DNA from: Octopus bimaculoides
Taxonomy: Eukaryota
DNA length: 64,000 nucleotides
NCBI RefSeq assembly: GCF_001194135.2
Contig: NC_068993.1
Coordinates: 42,407,825 to 42,471,824 of the forward strand
Reading direction: 5' to 3'
Part shown: piece after piece, positions 1 to 13,253 of the stretch
Position numbering within the stretch: position 1 is the first letter of the stretch
Layout of the letters: every line of letters starts with the position of its first letter
Translations under genes and position numbers: made by a program
Notes under the pieces: model-generated
What the model was told of the DNA's origin: nothing
Seen by the model: only the letters and a program-made list of their open reading frames with translations
Databases searched by the model: none

Positions 1-516
1 TTCATGACTTCGGTGTTTATAACACATTCGATTCGAGAGATAAGAGGCTTTGCACCACCGGTGCTTCAACAAGTTTGAATATATTCGATGTGTAATTCAG
101 TTGATAATTAAGTTATTTTAAAAATTCAATTCCAATTTTGTAAAATTATTCTTTTCATGTTATATTCGTGTAGATATTTAAGTGCTACAATGAATGATGA
201 CTCGTCATTTCGATGAGATTCCTACAACTTTGCAACATTTATTAAGCGATTTTCAATGTACATTGTAATTTTCAATATAAATAAATTAAGATCGTTCAAC
301 AGCACTGTATATTCAATGGCCCCAACATACTTTGTTGATAACATTAATTAGATCGGTATTCTGCCGATTTTTGTTCTACAAGTGCTGCCCTCTAGCAGAA
401 TAGTATGAAGCAAGGAAGCATTTTACTTTAGTTTTGCTGATATAACGCATTAATATAGTCTGTTTCTGTGTGTATAGTAGTACACCTAGTTGATGCCATA
501 TTGTATGCGTGCTTAC

Positions 517-518
<2 letters not shown>

Positions 519-564
<46 letters not shown>

Positions 565-636
565 GTCTGTACATACGTACACATATATAGAAATATACAT
601 ATATACATGTGTATGAATATGTATGTATATATATAT
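519..636. repeat. (TA)n-rich microsatellite running into N-gap 637-1426
   Basis: Direct reading: atatat/atac/atgt repeats end at the gap. Confidence 0.95.
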
Positions 637-1437
637 NNNNNNNNNNNNNNNNNNNNNNNNNNNNNNNNNNNNNNNNNNNNNNNNNNNNNNNNNNNNNNNN
701 NNNNNNNNNNNNNNNNNNNNNNNNNNNNNNNNNNNNNNNNNNNNNNNNNNNNNNNNNNNNNNNNNNNNNNNNNNNNNNNNNNNNNNNNNNNNNNNNNNNN
801 NNNNNNNNNNNNNNNNNNNNNNNNNNNNNNNNNNNNNNNNNNNNNNNNNNNNNNNNNNNNNNNNNNNNNNNNNNNNNNNNNNNNNNNNNNNNNNNNNNNN
901 NNNNNNNNNNNNNNNNNNNNNNNNNNNNNNNNNNNNNNNNNNNNNNNNNNNNNNNNNNNNNNNNNNNNNNNNNNNNNNNNNNNNNNNNNNNNNNNNNNNN
1001 NNNNNNNNNNNNNNNNNNNNNNNNNNNNNNNNNNNNNNNNNNNNNNNNNNNNNNNNNNNNNNNNNNNNNNNNNNNNNNNNNNNNNNNNNNNNNNNNNNNN
1101 NNNNNNNNNNNNNNNNNNNNNNNNNNNNNNNNNNNNNNNNNNNNNNNNNNNNNNNNNNNNNNNNNNNNNNNNNNNNNNNNNNNNNNNNNNNNNNNNNNNN
1201 NNNNNNNNNNNNNNNNNNNNNNNNNNNNNNNNNNNNNNNNNNNNNNNNNNNNNNNNNNNNNNNNNNNNNNNNNNNNNNNNNNNNNNNNNNNNNNNNNNNN
1301 NNNNNNNNNNNNNNNNNNNNNNNNNNNNNNNNNNNNNNNNNNNNNNNNNNNNNNNNNNNNNNNNNNNNNNNNNNNNNNNNNNNNNNNNNNNNNNNNNNNN
1401 NNNNNNNNNNNNNNNNNNNNNNNNNCCCCCCCCCCCT

Positions 1438-1560
1438 GCCCCAGCATTCGATTGCTACGTTATTATATCGAACCTTAAAGGATGAAAGGCAGAGTTGACC
1501 GAAATTTTTCAACTTCGAAAGGATTAAAGGCAAGGTTGACCTCAGTGGGACTGACATTTC
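1438..1560 (-). mobile_element. SINE family B fragments (octopus-type tRNA-derived SINE)
   Basis: ttatatcgaaccttaaaggatgaaaggcagagttgacc and aggattaaaggcaaggttgacctc are the reverse complement of the gtcgactttgcctttcatcctt core also seen at 54760-54790. Confidence 0.5.
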
Positions 1561-2145
1561 TAAACACAAAAATACTTCTTGTAGTCAAATATTGGATGCT
1601 AACTATCGAATGGATGAGTTACAGTGTTGTGTATTCATTATTCATTTGTTCGAACTGTGTCCCATCTTTGAGATGACACATTCAATATGCCTTCTCTTAG
1701 TAAAAACGCACAACATAGTCAAGAGATCGTCCGTAAATGTTGCTTCAAATTTATTCCTAAACTCAGCAGAGAAAGTTCTATCTCCCACTTTTTTATATAT
1801 TATTTGATGGTAATTATAAGCACGACGATCTTAAATGAAAAACATCGGTTGATATTCGTTTGCCTGAAGTGAAGAGAATTACGCACAGCTTTTATAAAAG
1901 ATATGAAAAACTTTATGATCAACTTAAACGCTTTAATGTTTTAATCACTCTGGATATTCACACCACAATAATAAAAAGTAAAACTACAGTAACATAAACA
2001 CAAAATCCACTAAATCACAATTTCGCCTAATACCATTATGTCACTTGCATCAAGTACAAACATGTAACAAATGGCGGATACTCATAGCAACGTTCAAAGC
2101 CTTAACAAACACTTACTCCTGAAGCAGTAATACACTAATCAAATA

Positions 2146-3051
2146 TATGAGGGAGTACTCAAAAGAAACCGGAAATGTTCTCTGTACGACAAGTCCGTCG
2201 TAGTTCAGGCTTCCGCCGCTAGAAGTAACTTGATGCGACCCTCAGCCATCAGTAAGCCAACCTGCGTCGTCAAGTGTAGTCCTACTGCCACATGCTGCAT
2301 CTTTGCTTTGCAATGCTTCTACCCTGTTCGTCGATTTTTGCGATAGCTGAAACGAAGGAACACAGTGCTTCCGGAAAATTTTGTTTTCTGCTGGGGGAAA
2401 AACGGCGACCGAAACAGTTGTCATGTTTCAAACAGCTTGCAAGACCGCTGCCATGAACAAAACAAGTTTAAGATCGGTTTACACGCTTTAGGAATGGCCA
2501 CTTATCGCTTGAAATCCAACCTTGTTCAGGGCAGCCGGCGACCTCCCGAATGCATGAAAATTCATGAAATAATTGTGACGGACCGTCGCTGAATAATTGA
2601 CGAACTTGTTGATATGACTGATGTGACTTGGAGGTCCTGCTAATGAATTTTGAGTGAGGAATTGCAAATGAAAAGAGTTCCAGCAAATTTTGTGCCTCAC
2701 TTGCTCACGGTAGATAAAAAATAGCAGTCACGAGTGAATGCGTGTCATGAACTGAAAGAACATTTGGAAGTTCATCTGGACTTTTTTTCAAAGATCATCA
2801 CTGATGGCGAAAGCTGGTGCTAAGGAATTTTCAGATATGGAAATGGATAAATAAAGAAAAAACGACGGAGGCGTTAAAGGGCATCAATTCGCAAGAGTTC
2901 CAGCACAGCTTCAAATTGTGGAAAATGGGCCTGGACCGATGCATTGCTTCAACTGTAGAATACTTTGAAGAAGATGAAAGTGTAAACATGTAAATCTAAG
3001 TCATTAAAATAATATTACAAAATTCTGCTTTTTTGGGGGTACCCCCTCGTA
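2146..3051 (+). mobile_element. Mariner-family DNA transposon, internally deleted, transposase pseudogene
   Basis: Imperfect TIRs: TAtgagggagtactcaaaagaaaccggaa (2146) and ttctgcttttttgggggtaccccctcgTA (to 3051). Frameshifted transposase from about 2344 reads KFCFLL-GKTATETVVM...DRR..IDELVDM...EELQMKRVPANFVPHLLT...KIITDGESWC. It then jumps at about 2825 to the C-terminus KTTEALKGINSQEFQ..F..WK..LDRCIAS..EYFE. Confidence 0.9.
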
Positions 3052-3131
3052 TAGCATCATCAACTTCCTCACTATTTCGATTATATTCAGACCTTAGGTG
3101 CACTATAACACATTCCCTAATATTGTATTAC

Positions 3132-3352
3132 TTTCTATTATAGGCAAAAGGTCTGAAATTTTAGGGAAGGGAGCTAGTCGATTACACCTACCCCAGTGTA
3201 TAAATGGTAATTATTTAAAAAAAAAACGATACCATAAGTACTAGGCTTTAAAAAAGTTGCGTGGTCAATTTGTTCGACTAAACACTTCAGTGTGGTGCCC
3301 CAGCATGGCAGCAGTCAAATGACTGAAACAAGTCAAAGATAAAAGAGAAAGA
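3132..3352. mobile_element. Composite SINE remnant: family B tail (minus) abutting family A 3' end (plus)
   Basis: aggtctgaaatttt...agtcgattacacctaccccagtg matches the reverse complement of 32090-32160. taagtactaggc...gtggtgccccagcatggcagcagtcaaatgactgaaacaagtcaaag matches 42880-42980. Confidence 0.75.
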
Positions 3353-5685
3353 TATTTATTTATGAATTTTCTGCATCGTTACAGCAAAAAAAACTTCTGA
3401 ATTGACGAAAACAAACAGTTGGCTTGGAGATATAGCAAGATTTATAGTTACAGTTTGTAGAATATAAAACATCACAATCTCACAGATACTGCAATATAAA
3501 TATTATTGTAAAATCCCGTATGAAACATATCCCAAAAGGCAACATGAAATGATAATACAGTCTATAATAGAATTATCAACTTAAAAAAATATGAGGGACC
3601 ACCTTAAATACTACGCTGTAGCATGGCACTCAACAGAGATAGCATGTAGCAACAAGCAACTGAAGAAATTAAGACGGTAAATGAAAGAGAAAGCAAAAAA
3701 TTGGAAGCTGATGTATCCAACACAAGCCATAAGGAGTAAAAAGTGGTAAAACACTATAAAAGACCAAGCTATATCTGTTACAATTAAGGCTTCAAAGAAA
3801 ACTCCCACCCTTCGACAGCAATTCTTTTATCCCGCTATCTCTGAAAATCAGCAAAAGAGCACAAAGCGATGGTAATGACAGGAAACGTAAGATATGCATA
3901 TTCCACGTATATCGTAAGCATAATATTTCCTTCTCCAAAGCAACATAATGGAGAAGTCATTGACGCTTCGACGCATACAGCATATCCTGTTTTTAAAAAA
4001 TCCAATGTAAATAATATAAGAGGAGATGCAATACAATCAAAACTAAACTTTATCTACATCTAAAACAGCCACATCAAAGAGTCAGTAAGTTATTTTTGGA
4101 TACAATAGCAATTAAGGCAAGGGGAAATTTCAAAACTCAAAAGCGGTGGGGTGTGGCAAAATCCTACTGATATACTTAAATTCATTCACTCGCGCCACCA
4201 CAACCAGACATGCAGAATTTAGAAAATTAACAAAACCATAACATCTCAGCTTTAGTTTTTATGATCACAATCTCCCATCAACTTCCTAGGTTCACTCTTT
4301 AAAGTTCCTAGAAATATCGGTTTCAAATTTTTGCACAAAGCTGGAATTCTTAGAAATATTAGTTCTTGATCTCCTTAACTCACACTTACTTATATTCAGC
4401 TTCCAAAATCAGATACGTACCACTTCCCTTATATGTGCGCAATCATTAGAAAGGTTGAGGTTAGGGTCATGCTCCAACCGCCGACCCACGTCTACTGCTC
4501 CCTCGCGCAGGATCTACAGATATTTAATGATCTGACAAGGAAGTCTCTATAGCTGACAAATAATTATTTTTTACGTGGTGGCTTAACCTGCTGGAAACAA
4601 CAGCCAAATATCTCTTAAACACCACCCAATTGATTTAAAAGGGTCAGCGATGGCCTAGATACAGAATACGAGATGTTCACGTCTGGAATCCCTAAGATGA
4701 TAGGCCTGGGAGATTAAGGATGACGGAGCGACTAGCACACGCAAGTAAATAGGACGAATTGTAACTCAGGAATCTCATACCAAAAAGCTGTATGTCGAAT
4801 AAGATACTATGAACCTTCATTTAGAGGAGCATGATATATTTAGCATGATAGATCCGTGGATTGAAAATTCTCGTTTGAAACATGACCGATATAACCCTAG
4901 ATTGAGATTAAAATTTAGCACAAAACCAACAACTTGAACTCACCACCGCAAGAACAGATTTCTTGAAACTAGTTCTGGAGTAACAATTTATAATGTAGAG
5001 AATCTAAATTGTCAGTCGGAAAACACTTGCGAAAAAATATATAAAGCTGAGAATTTAGTTAGTTTAGGATAGCCACTGATGTTATAGTGAGATAAAGAAA
5101 AAATGATTGGAAACATTTAGCAGCGGGTAGAAAAGGCATGGATAGAACACGACTGAGATACAATGTGTTTATTGGTGAGAACCATTGTCAATCTGGTTGT
5201 AATTTAAATAGATTTTTCAATGCATTCATGTCCATAGAGTCTACTATTCTAGATGTGAGAAATTTTGTTCAGGTGTATTTAAATATAGTTAGCAATGACT
5301 ATGTAAGAAATGTATATTCAGCACAACAAAGCATGATAATGTACAATTGTTAAGGAATGTTTTGACAGCTGATTATTCGAGAGTGAGGTGGATACATTAT
5401 CATGGCTTTGTTTTCTTGACTCGTGCAGTGACTACTTTTAGGTGTGGTTGAATGAGTCTCAGATGTTGACGAACAACTCGATAAAGGAAATGTCTTTCTG
5501 TCAATAATGTGTATTGACGCAGTCTGCGTCTACAGGCAGGGAGTGTAGGGTCTTGTTATTTGTATAAGGAGTATGGATATATTAGTTTGCAAGGGAACGG
5601 TCGGAAACGGCATTAAACCTTAACTTACAACAATGATTCAACATCATATGCTGCATTAAACGATTAACAATTAGCAATTAGCAGG

Positions 5686-5800
5686 CATGGTCATGTGTTT
5701 AATGATTTCACTTCGCAATTACCTAATTCAAGGTTCGATACTACCGCCATGTCACTTGGACAGGAATTTTCTAACCTAGTCTGCATCGACTCAAACCTTC
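5686..5800 (+). mobile_element. Degenerate tRNA-like SINE head
   Basis: gcatggtcatgtgtttaatgatttcacttcgcaattacc...ggttcgatactacc...cacttggacagg resembles the family A head at 42590, including a B-box-like GGTTCGAT. Confidence 0.35.
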
Positions 5801-5809
5801 TAGGTTAAA

Positions 5810-6010
5810 TTTTGCCGAGGAAAACCTTTTGAAATCTCTGCTAAATGAACTGTAACTGTTCCCGGGTGGTAATCTGTTCCATCGCCCAATTTAACTACGG
5901 TATCTGTTTTTTACTGTCCTTCTGAAAAGCGCTCTCTGTTGCAAACATTAGGACCAAGTTTTAGGTAGTCCGTAACTCTCCCTTTTATTCCCGCCAATCA
6001 CTACGGTCCT
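5810..6010 (-). mobile_element. Possible CR1-like LINE C-terminal fragment
   Basis: Minus-strand translation gives ..GRWNRLPPGTVTVHL..FKR, resembling the WN.LP...V......FK motif at the end of CR1/L2 ORF2. Short and degenerate. Confidence 0.3.
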
Positions 6011-6399
6011 GTAAAATGTGAAGGCTATTCTTATTTCACTTTGAGCTAAGACATAAATAGCAAAATTAGGCAGAAATATGGTTTGTAATTTATGTTTTTT
6101 CATGTTGATGCTGATATTTGCAACAATATTTTAAAATTTATTGATTTTCTTATGCTGTGCGAGAACCCATAGCCTAGTAGATGCAGCTGAATATTTCACA
6201 ATCAAAGTTATACGTTCGATTGACGATGCTTCAGTCTACTCAGTTGAAAAATTGGTACGGGCTTAATGCTGGTACAGACATGTTTCCCTCCTGCGATGCA
6301 CCCGAACAGATCGTCATTGAAGTCTCCTGGGGTTACGAGATGTTTCGGATCTTTCGCCATCACCCCCCCCCACACACACACACACTACACACACACACA

Positions 6400-6890
6400 C
6401 AGGTGATCCAGCCGAGGCTGATCAAGCCCTAGCTTGTTTCCACTTAGCACTATTCCAGCCAGCATTATCCACCCAAGATTCACATCTCCTGATCCACAGC
6501 TATTTTGAGTCAACCTCTGCTGTCTCCAGACTCAACATGATGGCCTTACACATACCGGCCTGTATGAAGCCTTTCATATTGTAAGCTCATCAAAGTGACT
6601 GCCCTGCAAACCTTCTGCATGTCTCTTTGATTGGATCACACTTTGGTTGCTACTAATAGGCATAAATGTGGTACAAGCTTCCGGGCTGCATTTGCTTGTG
6701 AGTGACGGTTAAGCTTTGCTATGTTTCTCTTCTATTCAACGACTGATTTGTTTAAGTTATTGAATTCGAGTCCAATCTTGCTTAGTTGAGCTTTACATGA
6801 AACGTACATCATAGAATATTGATCATCATTGATCCACCCCAACAAGTACTAATGTACCTTTGACATGTAGTAGCCAGTCTACTCAAACGT
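6400..6890 (-). mobile_element. Highly degenerate R4/Dong-like non-LTR fragment
   Basis: Broken minus frames give QRYISTCWGGSMMINI (cf. RLY..R..GGRGL.NI), ERLHTGRYV (cf. K.LHG.Y) and GWIMLA (cf. EG.I.AAQ), in the expected order. Confidence 0.35.
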
Positions 6891-7611
6891 TTATAAAACG
6901 ATTCACTTATATAAATAATTATTTTGACTTAAGAGTCTATGATGATAATTAAAAAGGTTTTAGGATTTTAATAAACTTTTAATGCGTATGAATTACAAGC
7001 AATATGCTTATAGCATCAGAAGTTGAAAAGCTAAAATTAAATCATATTTATATTAATAACCAAAATTAATTAAAACGATTATGATGTAGCTATTCATAAA
7101 CGCATAAACAAAAAAAGCAAAGGCAAGACTATTATGATATAATACAAATCTCAAGGATATTTCATTACATTCTTATTTAATTTATTTCAAGATGCACTAC
7201 AAGAAAATAAAACATTTGAATGTCCACTGTAAATGACAAAATAACTTCCGATAATAGATGTAGAAATGATTTGAAACATCATTATGTACAAAAATAATCT
7301 CAACTTTAACAGATTTTATTTTAATAAGAAAAAAAAAACATTATCAAATTTGAATAAGTTATTTTCGGAAGATTTACTAAAGATAGTGTCATCTGACTCA
7401 AGAATACCAGAGTTAAAATCATTAATAATGAGTCCATAAAAGGATATACAACGTTTGATTAATGCTTCTCCATAGGATTACATCAGCTAGAGCAAACTGC
7501 GAAATATCTTACAGACATTTGTTAACACAGATTTCTCTTTCATAATACTATCACTTTGAGAATGCTACTAGTTTTAATACTACAGCTGCTATCAACACCA
7601 CTATAACTATA

Positions 7612-7637
7612 TTACTGCTACTACTATACTACTACTA

Positions 7638-7700
<63 letters not shown>

Positions 7701-7709
7701 TACTACTAC

Positions 7710-7806
<97 letters not shown>
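7612..7806. repeat. Compound (TAC)n(TAA)n microsatellite; the TAA part is the 3' tail of the adjacent LINE
   Basis: Direct reading. Confidence 0.97.
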
Positions 7807-8215
7807 CGTTTCTTTATTGGCCATAAGGGCCGAACACAATACAAATAAAGACAATGCAAAACTGGGGACACCATGTTTAACGCAAAAATCGAGTAAGCAA
7901 TAAAATAACAATGGGAATTAACAATACAATTAAACAATAAAATCCCCAATAGTGGGGAGTTCCTCACAGTGACAATCGAGGAACCCCACACCTTCTGGTG
8001 ATCTTCGCGATGGACTCAGCTGATAACCGGATCCGTCCTATACGTGATATCAGCTGTTCGACAAAACTCCCACAACTCAGTAATGCACGAACATTAGACG
8101 AGTGCATGCAGGACGGTTTCGTCGCCATGACAGGGCTTATAAAGATGTTCCCAGAGGAACCCCAACAGCTCATGAACATTAAGCCGTCTGATTTCCAGTT
8201 ACACCTGAGCGGTAA
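7807..8215 (-). mobile_element. Tx1/L1-like LINE 3' end with internal deletion
   Basis: ORF 7964-8179 contains ALLSCGSFVEQLISRIGRIRLSAESIAKI, resembling the region after the zinc knuckle in Tx1-like ORF2. It is followed by a 3' UTR ending ggcccttatggccaataaagaaacg and an (ATT)n tail. Confidence 0.6.
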
Positions 8216-8439
8216 GTAAATACGTTTTGTGTCTTCTCCAAATTTTGTCCAGTCATTATGCGGTGTTTAAGTGTAGGTTGTATAAATGTTTGTGGTCTAG
8301 GTCGCTCTGGAAGCAGGGTTGCCTGCTCACTGACCTCAGCTCACTATAATGCGATATATTGGGGGCTGAAAAATTCTGTTGTATGTAATAAAGTATGAAT
8401 ATTAATCGGCGGTAAGAGACCTTCAAAAAGTTATTGAAA

Positions 8440-8780
8440 CAGCAGGTGAATTCAAGAACAGAAGGAAAACCAACAGAGCAAATAGATGAGCAGAAATGGC
8501 TTTAGGTGAGCAATTCATGCAAGCAACTGACGATGTTGAAAGTAAAGAGCGCTGGCTATGGCTGACGGACGGAAACCTGAAACGAGAAGCCGAAGCGCTA
8601 ATTATAGCCGCTCGATAAAACACCATTAGAACGAATCTGTTAAAGACTGGGATTGCCAAAGCTCACTCAGAGAGCAAACGTAGTATGTGCAAGAAAGCAA
8701 ACGAAACTATTCGTCATCTCTTGAGGGAATGCAGTAAGCTAGCACAAAATAAGTATACGCGAAAGCATGACTCTAGGCTT
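8440..8780 (+). mobile_element. R4/Dong-clade non-LTR retrotransposon fragment (pre-zinc-knuckle and CCHC region)
   Basis: Translation GEQFMQATDDVESKERWLWLTDGNLKREAEALIIAAR*NTIRTNL...RSMCKKANETIRHLLRECSKLAQNKYTRKHD matches the R4 consensus W.WL..G.LK.ETE..I.AAQ...CRMC....ET..H....C..LA...Y..RHD. Confidence 0.85.
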
Positions 8781-8799
8781 ATGAGTGTATTGGAATGTT

Positions 8800-9100
8800 A
8801 GCGAGGTAACAGAAAATTGGCATGCTTAGCAAATGTCTATTTACTAGGGAAATTATCGCTACATTTATCCGCCTTTCAACAAATTTACTGGGAGACAGCT
8901 TTCCCCACTTACCATTTTGAATTTTCTTTCCAACATCATGACTATCAACCTTTTCCGGACACAATTTAATGCAATTCTCCAGTTGTTGCGTTGCATGCAT
9001 TTCATAAGTTTCGAAGATATGACTTTTCTTCTTGAGAAAAAACAGCTGATGTTTGTCGTTGCCGTCTGCTGATTTATTTACCTTGTTATTCCCTTGGTCT
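8800..9100 (-). mobile_element. Possible RTE-type AP-endonuclease remnant
   Basis: ORF 8779-9000 SHDVGKKIQNGKWGKLSPSKFVERRINVAIISLVNRH loosely follows EHGVGFAI....KL..P..I.ERL..L.I.L.N.R. Confidence 0.3.
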
Positions 9101-10359
9101 CCTGGGCTTTCCTTTGAGCCAGAGGCACTTTTTAACCCTTAGACAGAGTGACTTGTGTACTTGACTTCAGATAAGTACACGCACCTGTGGGTCCGTGTAA
9201 CACGTGCCAAAAAGCCAGCCCTTCTCCGATTCTTATGTTCTTTAGTTATATCTAATTTTAGTTGACAAATAACTGATGTCCCAAGCCAGAGCGAAATAAA
9301 TAATGCTGGTTATGAAGGGCTAACTACATACTCTCTCTAACTCTTGAACTTCGGAGCTGAAGCTTCACCAACGGATGCAGTTTAATGTCTTGCCGAAGAT
9401 TATGCCCCAAATACTACCCATAAAATATATTATCAGGTAATAATATTAAACATTATAACTACTAAAGTGAGATGATTGTGTTTTCTGAACCATCGATTTC
9501 ATATTTCCCAGCTTCGGACTACACACGACGTTATCCCAGTAAATCATATCAGTAGATTAGCTAAAATTTCGGCAAATAGTTTATAGAATTTTCAAGAACA
9601 TTTTTGCCGATAGTATATAAAAAGGTGTGATGACAGTGTGTTTAGAATCATCGTATTCGCAGCTTCGGACGAAAAGCATTACGCTACTCCTTTGTGGTTC
9701 AGTGAATCAGCTCGATTGGTGAGCCTAAATCTTTCCGTCAAATAGTTTATAGAATATTCAAGAACCTATTGCTAACCGTATGTAAAAAGGCGGACAAATC
9801 TAACTAAAAAGAGAGCTGTCAGATTCTGCGGGAGGTTATGTCATTTTCTCTATGTAATGGGTTCTAGTTATTCAATATTCAAATATTAATAAGATTTGAA
9901 GGCAACACACAGAGTTATGATAGTAAATCTTACGAAAGATCATTCGTATTCCCTTAATTTTATTTGCCTTCGATAATTGTGAATTATTGTGGTATTATAT
10001 ATCAGCAATGTTGCAGTGACCAAATGTTGTTCAATTCGTTAATTCTAAAATGCCGTTACATCTTCAAAGGCTGCAAAACTGTGTATATTATGTTCCCGGT
10101 TAAATGAACAGAGAGAAAAATTATACTGAATTTGTGAATTGAACACGCCGTTCATAAAGGTTAATTACCGTCAATTATTCATTAACTATCTCCCAATCAC
10201 ACTAAACTTCACTCAGCACTCGTTGATGCAGAGCGACACATCTGCAGAGAAACAAGAACGACGATGAGGATGATGGCTAGTAACAGATGTCATTATCGTT
10301 CATGGGGATTTTTTATCCTACAGTTCGTTCATTTGATTATGCAGTATTGTTGGATGTGA

Positions 10360-10600
10360 GACGTTGCCTAGCGTATGATTATTGCACATGCGATGGTGAG
10401 ATCGTGGTTTCAATTCCCGGAGCGGGCGATGTGAGGTCTTCTTGAGCAAACCCCTTCATTTCACGTTGCAATGCGAAAACTTCCACAACAGGTGGTGGCA
10501 CACTACGCAACGGTATGAACAACACCCAATTGATGGAGAATGTTACCTCATGTACAACACAAGACTTTGATCACTATAAAAGACTCATCTATGTAATATC
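10360..10600 (+). mobile_element. tRNA-derived SINE (family C type)
   Basis: A/B-box-like head ttgcctagcgtatga...gagatcgtggtttcaattcccggagcgggc, then ttcttgagcaaaccccttcatttcacgttgc. The head is related to the copy at 47026. Confidence 0.55.
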
Positions 10601-12026
10601 AGCTTCCTCGAACTTGAAAGACTACTAATAAGAAGCTAATTCCTGGATCGAGCGTAGATCGAGTTGAGACTCTGTGGCAAATAGCAGAAAGCATTAGCGC
10701 AAGCATCACAATGATTGACTGAGCAGTTACAGTAGCTTGTTTCGCATATATTTGTATATAAAATTGTTTTGCTTATCTTCATCGTGCATTTCTTTCCTCT
10801 TTTAATTTCGTTTATATCAAAGTAACTTCCTCCATTGAATTTTAATCGTTTCGTTCCACATGCCTGGTCTCTATTTCCTAACATCTACATTGTAGAAACA
10901 TCTAATTTGCTTTTCATAATATTGCGATTATTATATTTATGTTTGTATATACATATCTACACGCACATATATTCGCATATATGAATATATATATTTATTT
11001 ACATATGCAAACATTTATATATATATATATGTATGACGTATACATATATATNNNNNNNNNNTCTTTCCTCTTTTAATTTCGTTTATATCAAAGTAACTTC
11101 CTCCATTGAATTTTAATCGTTTCGTTCCACATGCCTGGTCTCTATTTCCTAACATCTACATTGTAGAAACATCTAATTTGCTTTTCATAATATTGCGATT
11201 ATTATATTTATGTTTGTATATACATATCTACACGCACATATATTCGCATATATGAATATATATATTTATTTACATATGCAAACATTTATATATATATATA
11301 TGTATGTATGTATATATATATAAACACCAAATACATAGATATATGCATGTTTATATGTATATACGTATGTATAAATGTAAGTATTCATGTATGTATGAAT
11401 ACATGTACGTATCCATATATGTACTACACACTTATACATAAGTATTTTGCAAACGTGTGTTGGTGGATTTGTGTGTATGAGTTTGTGGAACTGCTTCTTT
11501 CTCATTACATTTGAGATATCAGAGGCGGAAACTTGACAGTGAAAGCGTTACATTCGTCAGAGTCAATCGAACCGCTCAAAGCGCACAAAACTGCTTATAT
11601 TAACCAGTAAAATGGTGGGGGCCAATTTCGTTTACAATATTTGGTATTGCCCCAAGCGAAAACTGACTTGTTATATACTTAGCAATTATGGTTTATTATT
11701 ATATAAATACATGTGTGCGTGTGTGTGTGTGAGTGTGCATGTGTATATGCTACATAGATATATAACTATATTTATATCTAGTTATTATGGCACAACTCTA
11801 TAGACGCAGCTATTAACTAATGACTAAAGCAAAGATATTACCATTTATCAATTCAATTCATACTGGGATATTATTATTATTGTAATTCACACTGTAACTT
11901 ACTTTGAACCTCAAAGTACAATAGCAATTCTGACATTTCAAAATATTAAACATGTAACACATGATAATAAGCATTCTTTACAACCATAAGTATAACAAAC
12001 ACAATGGTTGTTGTTATCGTTAAATA

Positions 12027-12151
12027 TTCTTCTTCTTCTTCTTCTTCTTCTTCTTCTTCTTCTTCTTCTTCTTCTTCTTCTTCTTCTTCTTCTTCTTCTT
12101 CTTCTTCTTCTTCTTCTTCTTCTTCTTCTTCTCTTCCTCCTCCTCCTCCTC

Positions 12152-12209
<58 letters not shown>

Positions 12210-12321
12210 GCATCTTCCTCATCTTTGTCAACATCATCATCGTCATCATCATTATAATCATCATCACCATCATCATCCTTATATATATCATTATTATTAT
12301 TATTATTATCATTATTATTAC

Positions 12322-12353
<32 letters not shown>

Positions 12354-12359
12354 TTATTA
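12027..12359. repeat. Compound (TTC)n(CCT)n(ATT)n(CAT)n microsatellite
   Basis: Direct reading. Confidence 0.97.
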
Positions 12360-12360
12360 C

Positions 12361-13115
12361 GTGATGAAAACTCATAGCTTATTTTATTGGGTATGATGGA
12401 AAGTGTCAGCTGTCTACAGCCAGCTAACTAAGGCGACACTTGTTTACTGATCATACTTCAAGAAACCTGCAAAGAATTCTTGCAGTTCTACGCAATGCTG
12501 ATTTTTGTAGGTGTTCTACCTTCACACTTGCACCAATGATTTTTAGCCATGTTGGTAGTTGAGAGCTGATACTTCCAAATGCACCAATTACTATTGGTAT
12601 CACGTCTAATCTCCTCATGACCACAACCTTCATATTTCCCATTTCAAATCGTCATAGCTGTTTATTTTCTCTTCTTTCACATAGATCCTGGTGTCACTGG
12701 AGCATGCTATTTCGATTATCATGCATGTCCTTTCCTTTTTTATTCACTACACCAATGTTCACTTTCTGATATCTGGTCAAATGATCGCACTGGATCATTG
12801 CATCCCACGGGATTTTGCAATTCCCATGCTCAAATACTCTTTCTGGGGTTTACTCATATCACGTCTTTGCTCTTTGTAGGCCGTGATTTCCACAGAGCTT
12901 CCAATGGATCATTCTCGCCACATTTTCATGGCGTCTTTTGTATTCACGTTATGCTAACTTCGGACCTTCGCTAACGATGTGCTATACCGCTTCACCCCTC
13001 TCACCACACATTCTTCTGCATTTGCGACTGTGGGTAGTGTTGTCTATTTTGCATTTCACATCGTTGGTCCTTGACGCTTCTTCTTGAGAGTTGGGTTTTA
13101 ACGCTTGTTCTTCAG
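12361..13115 (-). mobile_element. 5'-truncated R4/Dong-clade retrotransposon with CCHC knuckle and restriction-like endonuclease remnant
   Basis: Minus translation with frameshifts: RTNDVKCKIDNT...CRRMCGERGEAV*HIVSE.PKLA*REYKRRHENVARMIHWKLC...KIPWDAMIQCDH...IIEIACSSDTRI...DLKWEI, then ORF 12451-12642 VIPIVIGAFGSI...HLQKSALRRTARIL. A short 3' UTR and (TAA)n tail follow. Confidence 0.92.
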
Positions 13116-13252
<137 letters not shown>

Positions 13253-13253
13253 T

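Noticed and set aside
4430-4800. GC-richer block with acctgctggaaacaacagccaaat, loosely echoed at 49440
   Set aside because: Probably an interspersed repeat, but I cannot define its ends or family from the sequence.
5130-5500. LINE AP-endonuclease remnant (LTMVLTNKHIV on the minus strand)
   Set aside because: A single weak motif among many stops, and not colinear with the nearby C-terminal fragment.
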